The translations under genes and the position numbers were made by a program. Shown piece by piece: positions 59,518 through 64,000 of a DNA stretch of 64,000 nucleotides. The DNA comes from an uncultured bacterium (GTDB lineage Bacteria > Patescibacteriota > JACMRA01). The stretch spans positions 192,001 through 256,000 of the forward strand of contig OY969926.1 in NCBI GenBank assembly GCA_963704645.1. Direction: 5' to 3'. The notes under the pieces are model-generated. The model searched no databases and was not told the DNA's origin. It saw only the letters and a program-made list of their open reading frames with translations. Position 1 is the first letter of the stretch. The number at the start of each line of letters is the position of its first letter.

Positions 59518-60612
59518 ATGAATTTTAAGAAATTAGCTTCTTATTTTACCTTGGCAATTATTATCTTCACAACAGGCTACTTTCTATTTAAAAGCTTGGA
59601 TGGTAGGGAATTAAAAACCATTAACATTCAGGGTTCATGTTCTTCTGGTGGCAAAGTTGGTAATTTAACATTACTTGAAATTCAAAAAAACTTGAACAAA
59701 TATATTCCAATATCTAGCCAAATACCTAAGGAAATGGACGGTGCTTTGTCTGAAAATATTCCTAATTATATTAGTGTGCGATTTCAAAATGCAATTTACT
59801 ACTTAGTTGCAAGTGCAGTTGAAAATGAGGAAGTGGCCGCGTTAGACAAATTTTTTAAAGTGGCAGAATATAGTTTCTCATTTCAAGAAGAAGACGGTGG
59901 TTTTAATTTTATTCAACCAGATAATATTTCTAAAAAACCTACGAAGCAAGATTTACTAAGTGGTTCTATATTTTTCTTGTCTACATTTTCAATTTCACTG
60001 GTTTTACTGTCTCAAAGTGAATGGTTCAATACATTACCAGAAAATAGGCAATATACTGAAAGAATAGAAAGTTATAAAATCAAACTTTCCAAAGCTTTAA
60101 ATAAAATTATTTCTGATAAACAAGATTTAATTGATTACGATAAAATATATTCAAATAGGTTGTTTTTTGACGCTTTGGCCTTTATAGCTAGCTCTAAAAT
60201 TATTATTACAGATAGTTTAAATTATTTTAATATTGGGAAAGAATTTTTAGAAATGGGTCTTAAAAATCAGGAAAAAGATGGTTATTTTTTAGAAAAAGAT
60301 GGTTTTGATAGTAGCTACCAGGGTGTTTCTTTAAATTTATTGTATTTCATATATTCCTTAAATTCTACAGATTCACTTTGCCAAAACATACAGCTTGGGC
60401 AGAAATGGTTAGCCACACGAATTAACGAAACGGGAGAGGTTATTTTGGAAGGAAATTCAAGAGTTGGTGGAAATGCAAATGAAAGTTTTTTGGGAGAAAC
60501 TAAAACGGTAGCTGCCAAGGATGTAGGCTCAAGCTTCTTTACTTATGGCCTACTTACAGGAGACGAAAATAGTATAAACATAGCTAATTTAATTAAAAAT
60601 TTTTACAAATAG
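59518..60612 (+). CDS. Membrane-anchored helical-repeat protein (possible polysaccharide-lyase-like toroid)
   Basis: N-terminal TM; QEEDGGF and QEKDGYFLEKDGFDSSYQ motifs typical of alpha/alpha toroids. Confidence 0.55.
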   Translation: MNFKKLASYFTLAIIIFTTGYFLFKSLDGRELKTINIQGSCSSGGKVGNLTLLEIQKNLNKYIPISSQIPKEMDGALSENIPNYISVRFQNAIYYLVASAVENEEVAALDKFFKVAEYSFSFQEEDGGFNFIQPDNISKKPTKQDLLSGSIFFLSTFSISLVLLSQSEWFNTLPENRQYTERIESYKIKLSKALNKIISDKQDLIDYDKIYSNRLFFDALAFIASSKIIITDSLNYFNIGKEFLEMGLKNQEKDGYFLEKDGFDSSYQGVSLNLLYFIYSLNSTDSLCQNIQLGQKWLATRINETGEVILEGNSRVGGNANESFLGETKTVAAKDVGSSFFTYGLLTGDENSINIANLIKNFYK

Positions 60613-60684
60613 GCAGTACTCAAATTGGAATTGTGAAAATAAAAACAGCTTGCTGAACTTGTAGCTTTGAATTTAAATAACTAT

Positions 60685-62526
60685 ATGGCCAATGAACTAC
60701 TAAGCAACCTTAAGCAATACTTTGGCTACGATCAACTTCGGCCTAGCCAGGTTCCGGTTATAGATTCAATTTTGGCTGGTAAAGATACTCTTGCAATAAT
60801 GCCTACTGGTGGCGGTAAATCTTTGTGTTATCAGCTGCCTGCGGTGAATAGCGATGGCTTAGTAATTGTAGTTTCACCCTTAATTGCTTTAATGCATGAC
60901 CAAGTACAAGGGCTTAAGAAAAATGGAATTAAAGCAGGAATTTTGAACAGTTCAATTTCTCCATACGAGCAAGATATGGTTCAAAGTGAAGCTGAAAACG
61001 GAATTTTAAAACTTTTGTATGTATCCCCAGAAAGATTATTTGCTAAAGGTGGTGAGTTTTTAAGTTGGATGAACGAATTAAATATTAGCCTTATAGCTAT
61101 TGATGAAGCTCATTGTGTGTCTCAGTGGGGGCATGATTTTCGGCCAGAATATTCTAAACTTTCTATAATAAAAGATACTTTTCCTAACATTCCTGTTATT
61201 GCACTTACAGCAACAGCCGACGAATTAACTCGGGGCGATATTATTCAACAATTAAAGTTGGATGAACCAAATGTTTTTATTAGCTCTTTTGATAGGCCTA
61301 ATATTACTTACACTGTTCAACCAAAGTTACAAGACAAAGAAGCTACCAAACAACTTACCAATTTTATTAATGGTTTTACAGGAGAATCTGGTATTGTTTA
61401 TTGTTTAAGCAGGAAATCTACTGAAGAAGTATCGGAAAGCTTGGTGAAATTAGGAATTAAATCTGCCCCATTTCATGCTGGACTAAGCCAGGAAGAGAAA
61501 GAGGAAACTTACAACCAATTCATGCAAGATAATTTGCAGGTAGTTTGTGCCACAATTGCTTTTGGAATGGGTGTAGATAAGCCAGATGTACGTTTTGTAG
61601 CCCATTGGAATATGCCTAAATCGATAGAGGGCTATTATCAAGAAACAGGGAGAGCTGGAAGAGACGGTTTGGCATCTGAAGCCTTGCTTTTGTATTCTCC
61701 AGTAGATAGTGGAGTTTACCGAAGATTTATTGACCTTTCAAAGCCAGCGGGAGACATTAACACCTTCAAAATATTCCAAAAACTTCAACACGACAAGTTA
61801 GACAGGTTAATTGATTTTTGCAGCACGGGACATTGTCGGCGAAGAATTTTACTTCAATATTTTAACCAAAAGTTAGAAAAAGACTGCGGAAACTGCGATG
61901 GTTGTTTAAACCCTGTAGAAAAAATTGACGGACAAGAAATTTCCCAAAAAATAATTTCGGCTATTTATAGAACTGGTCAGAAGTTTGGAATTGGTTATAT
62001 TGTAGATTTTTTGCTTGGAATTGGTAATGATAGAATGGAAAGTTATGGACACACAAAATTACCCACTTTTGCTATTTGCAGAGAAAATTCTAAAGAAGAA
62101 TTGATGTTTTATACCAACCAATTAATTAGTCTTGGGTATTTACAAGTAGATTATGATGGTTTTATTAAAACACTGTCACTAAATGAAGCGTCAATGAGTA
62201 TTGCTGCAGGTGAATTAATGGTAGAACTAACACCTTATATAGAAACAATTAAGCCAGTTTCTAAATCAAAATCTGGTAAGAAATTAGCAGGTAGTTTATC
62301 TGAGAAAGACCAGGAGTATTTTGAAACATTAAGACAATTAAGGCAGCACATTGCAATTCAAGATGATGTTCCCGCCTTTGTAGTTTTTGGAAACGCCAGC
62401 CTGTTAGACATGGTAGAAAAAAAGCCCAAAACAAAAGCAGAATTTAGTAAAATTAGCGGAGTAGGAGCCCATAAATTAGAAAAATACTGGCCAGAGTTCA
62501 AAGAAGTATTGGCGGGAATACTGTAG
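60685..62526 (+). CDS. recQ: ATP-dependent DNA helicase RecQ
   Basis: [48 protein letters not shown] and HRDC domains. Track start TTG 60667. Confidence 0.96.
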   Translation: MANELLSNLKQYFGYDQLRPSQVPVIDSILAGKDTLAIMPTGGGKSLCYQLPAVNSDGLVIVVSPLIALMHDQVQGLKKNGIKAGILNSSISPYEQDMVQSEAENGILKLLYVSPERLFAKGGEFLSWMNELNISLIAIDEAHCVSQWGHDFRPEYSKLSIIKDTFPNIPVIALTATADELTRGDIIQQLKLDEPNVFISSFDRPNITYTVQPKLQDKEATKQLTNFINGFTGESGIVYCLSRKSTEEVSESLVKLGIKSAPFHAGLSQEEKEETYNQFMQDNLQVVCATIAFGMGVDKPDVRFVAHWNMPKSIEGYYQETGRAGRDGLASEALLLYSPVDSGVYRRFIDLSKPAGDINTFKIFQKLQHDKLDRLIDFCSTGHCRRRILLQYFNQKLEKDCGNCDGCLNPVEKIDGQEISQKIISAIYRTGQKFGIGYIVDFLLGIGNDRMESYGHTKLPTFAICRENSKEELMFYTNQLISLGYLQVDYDGFIKTLSLNEASMSIAAGELMVELTPYIETIKPVSKSKSGKKLAGSLSEKDQEYFETLRQLRQHIAIQDDVPAFVVFGNASLLDMVEKKPKTKAEFSKISGVGAHKLEKYWPEFKEVLAGIL

Positions 62527-62545
62527 TGGAATGCTTGCCATTCCT
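62523..62545 (+). repeat. GTAG-type REP palindrome overlapping the recQ stop
   Basis: GTAGTGGAATGCTTGCCATTCCT, 21/23 identical to 36206-36228. Confidence 0.7.
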
Positions 62546-62641
62546 AGTTCTAAATTAAACAAGTTTCGATTATTTGTGAGCCTCACTAGAGTTCAATAAT
62601 CCTTTATTGTTTTCAATTTATAGCGTTCTTTTACCTTCCCT

Positions 62642-63595
62642 CTATATTTTAATTACAACGTTGCCCACTTTATGGCCTTTATCAACATATTCGTGAGCTT
62701 GTGACATTTCTTCTAAACTATAAGTTTTATCAATAACTGGTTTCAAACTATTATTTTCAATTAACTCTTTTAAGAAACTCATGTCGTTAGAGGTTACTTC
62801 AGCGACACCAGCAATTAGTTTTAATTTAAGCATTTTAGAGGCAATTAAACCTTCCAAAGCTCCTTTAATTATTACGGCACCAAGTACTAATACTCCATTT
62901 GGTTTTACCAATTTTGCTATTTTTGAAACTTCAGTTTTATCTACTGTTTCAAATACAACATCAAATTGATCTGTAATTTCAGAAAGACTTTGCTTGGTGT
63001 AATCTATAACAACGTCGGCTCCTAATTTTTTTACAAGCTCTATGTTGCCAGTGCTACAAACCGCTGTTACTTCTGCTCCATAATATTTTGCTAATTGAAC
63101 CAGACAAGATCCAACAGCCCCAGAAGCACCATAAACAAGTACTTTTTGACCAGCTTTTACATTGGCTTTTTTAACGAAGTGTAAGGCAGTATGTCCACCA
63201 AAAACTGTAGCGGCAGCTTCTTCAAAACTTGTATTAGTAGGTTTTAACGATAGTGGGGTTGATTCAGGAACAACTAAATATTCAGCATAGGCTCCCATAG
63301 TCATGTCACACAATCCAAAAACTTCATCACCAGCTTTGTATGAAGTTACATCTTTACCAACTGCTTCAACAATTCCAGAAATTACATTTCCAAGCACTTT
63401 AATTTTAGGTGTAAATAATCCGAACATTAAACGCACCAAAAAAGGGTCAGCCCTTCTAAGACGAGTATCGCCAGAGTTAACTGTGGTAGCCATCATTTTA
63501 ATTAAAATTTGATTATCTGCTGGAATTGGTTTTTCTATTTCAGATAATTTTAAAACCTCAGGGGAACCGTATTTAGTACAAACAATGGCTTTCAT
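62642..63595 (-). CDS. NAD(P)-dependent medium-chain dehydrogenase (quinone oxidoreductase-like)
   Basis: MKAIVCTKYGSPEVL, GAYAEY, VYGASGAVG, GADVVIDY, HKVGNVVI. ATG 63595; the track's TTG start at 63634 is the -35 TTGACA. Confidence 0.92.
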   Translation of the reverse strand: MKAIVCTKYGSPEVLKLSEIEKPIPADNQILIKMMATTVNSGDTRLRRADPFLVRLMFGLFTPKIKVLGNVISGIVEAVGKDVTSYKAGDEVFGLCDMTMGAYAEYLVVPESTPLSLKPTNTSFEEAAATVFGGHTALHFVKKANVKAGQKVLVYGASGAVGSCLVQLAKYYGAEVTAVCSTGNIELVKKLGADVVIDYTKQSLSEITDQFDVVFETVDKTEVSKIAKLVKPNGVLVLGAVIIKGALEGLIASKMLKLKLIAGVAEVTSNDMSFLKELIENNSLKPVIDKTYSLEEMSQAHEYVDKGHKVGNVVIKI

Positions 63596-63697
63596 AATAT
63601 AGAATTTGATCAACCTATTGCGTCTGGTTGTCAAACCAGCTTTTTAAAACCAATCAAAGTAAAAGGTATAAATTGTTAGAACTTTGTTAGAATTCAG

Positions 63698-64000
63698 TTA
63701 ATCCCAAATTTTTTTATCTGTTATTATTCTTTCGTTATCTTCCAACTTAAATTTAACCCAAATTCTTTTATTTAATACCATGTCTTTAGTATCAGAAGTT
63801 TTAAATGCCAAAACTACCCCTCCATGATCTATACTAAGGCTGTTATTAGAAATGCCTACTATGTTACCATAGAATTGGTTTTTTTCTTCTAAATCTGTAA
63901 TATGCATATCTCTAAGCCAAATTCTGTAAGGTTGGTTTAAAACTGCTGTATGTGTAGATTTAATTATAGGAATAGCGTTTTCAGCATTTGCAGGAATTAA
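63698..64000 (-). CDS. Hypothetical protein, partial (5' end beyond window)
   Basis: Frame is open from 64000 to the stop at 63698. Confidence 0.6.
   Translation of the reverse strand, partial: LIPANAENAIPIIKSTHTAVLNQPYRIWLRDMHITDLEEKNQFYGNIVGISNNSLSIDHGGVVLAFKTSDTKDMVLNKRIWVKFKLEDNERIITDKKIWD

Overview
AT-rich chromosomal window (standard code 11) from a reduced-genome bacterium, most likely Patescibacteria/CPR. This is inferred from the divergent translation proteins, the unlinked 23S rRNA, the DUF4143 ATPase and large DUF11 surface proteins. Core genes: rny, dnaK with a CIRCE operator, recR, smpB, ileS, a rearranged infA-rpmJ-rpsM-rpsK-rpsD-rpsP-khpA operon, prfB, parB, nusA, a DEAD-box helicase, FKBP, gnd, a photolyase-family gene and recQ. 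RNA genes: tRNA-Thr(CGU), tRNA-Gln(CUG) and a stand-alone 23S rRNA. Accessory content: surface and glycosylation proteins, a VOC/SRPBCC cluster, an OLD-like ATPase-Toprim and many monocistronic ORFans. I saw no CRISPR array, transposase, integrase or reverse transcriptase. The most notable patterns are: (1) two apparent modes of translation initiation, with core genes SD-less and often apparently leaderless while scattered ORFans carry GGAG(G) SD sites, often TTG starts and their own terminators; (2) a shared non-LPXTG C-terminal sorting-like signal (TNTxR[ST]GG-TM-YYYxKNH) on unrelated surface proteins; (3) GTAG-type REP palindromes, some read through in frame inside genes; (4) orphan, partly degenerate receiver domains; (5) a zinc-ligand-free IleRS with large insertions and strongly remodelled IF-1 and bL36. 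All calls come from manual reading; no database searches were run.
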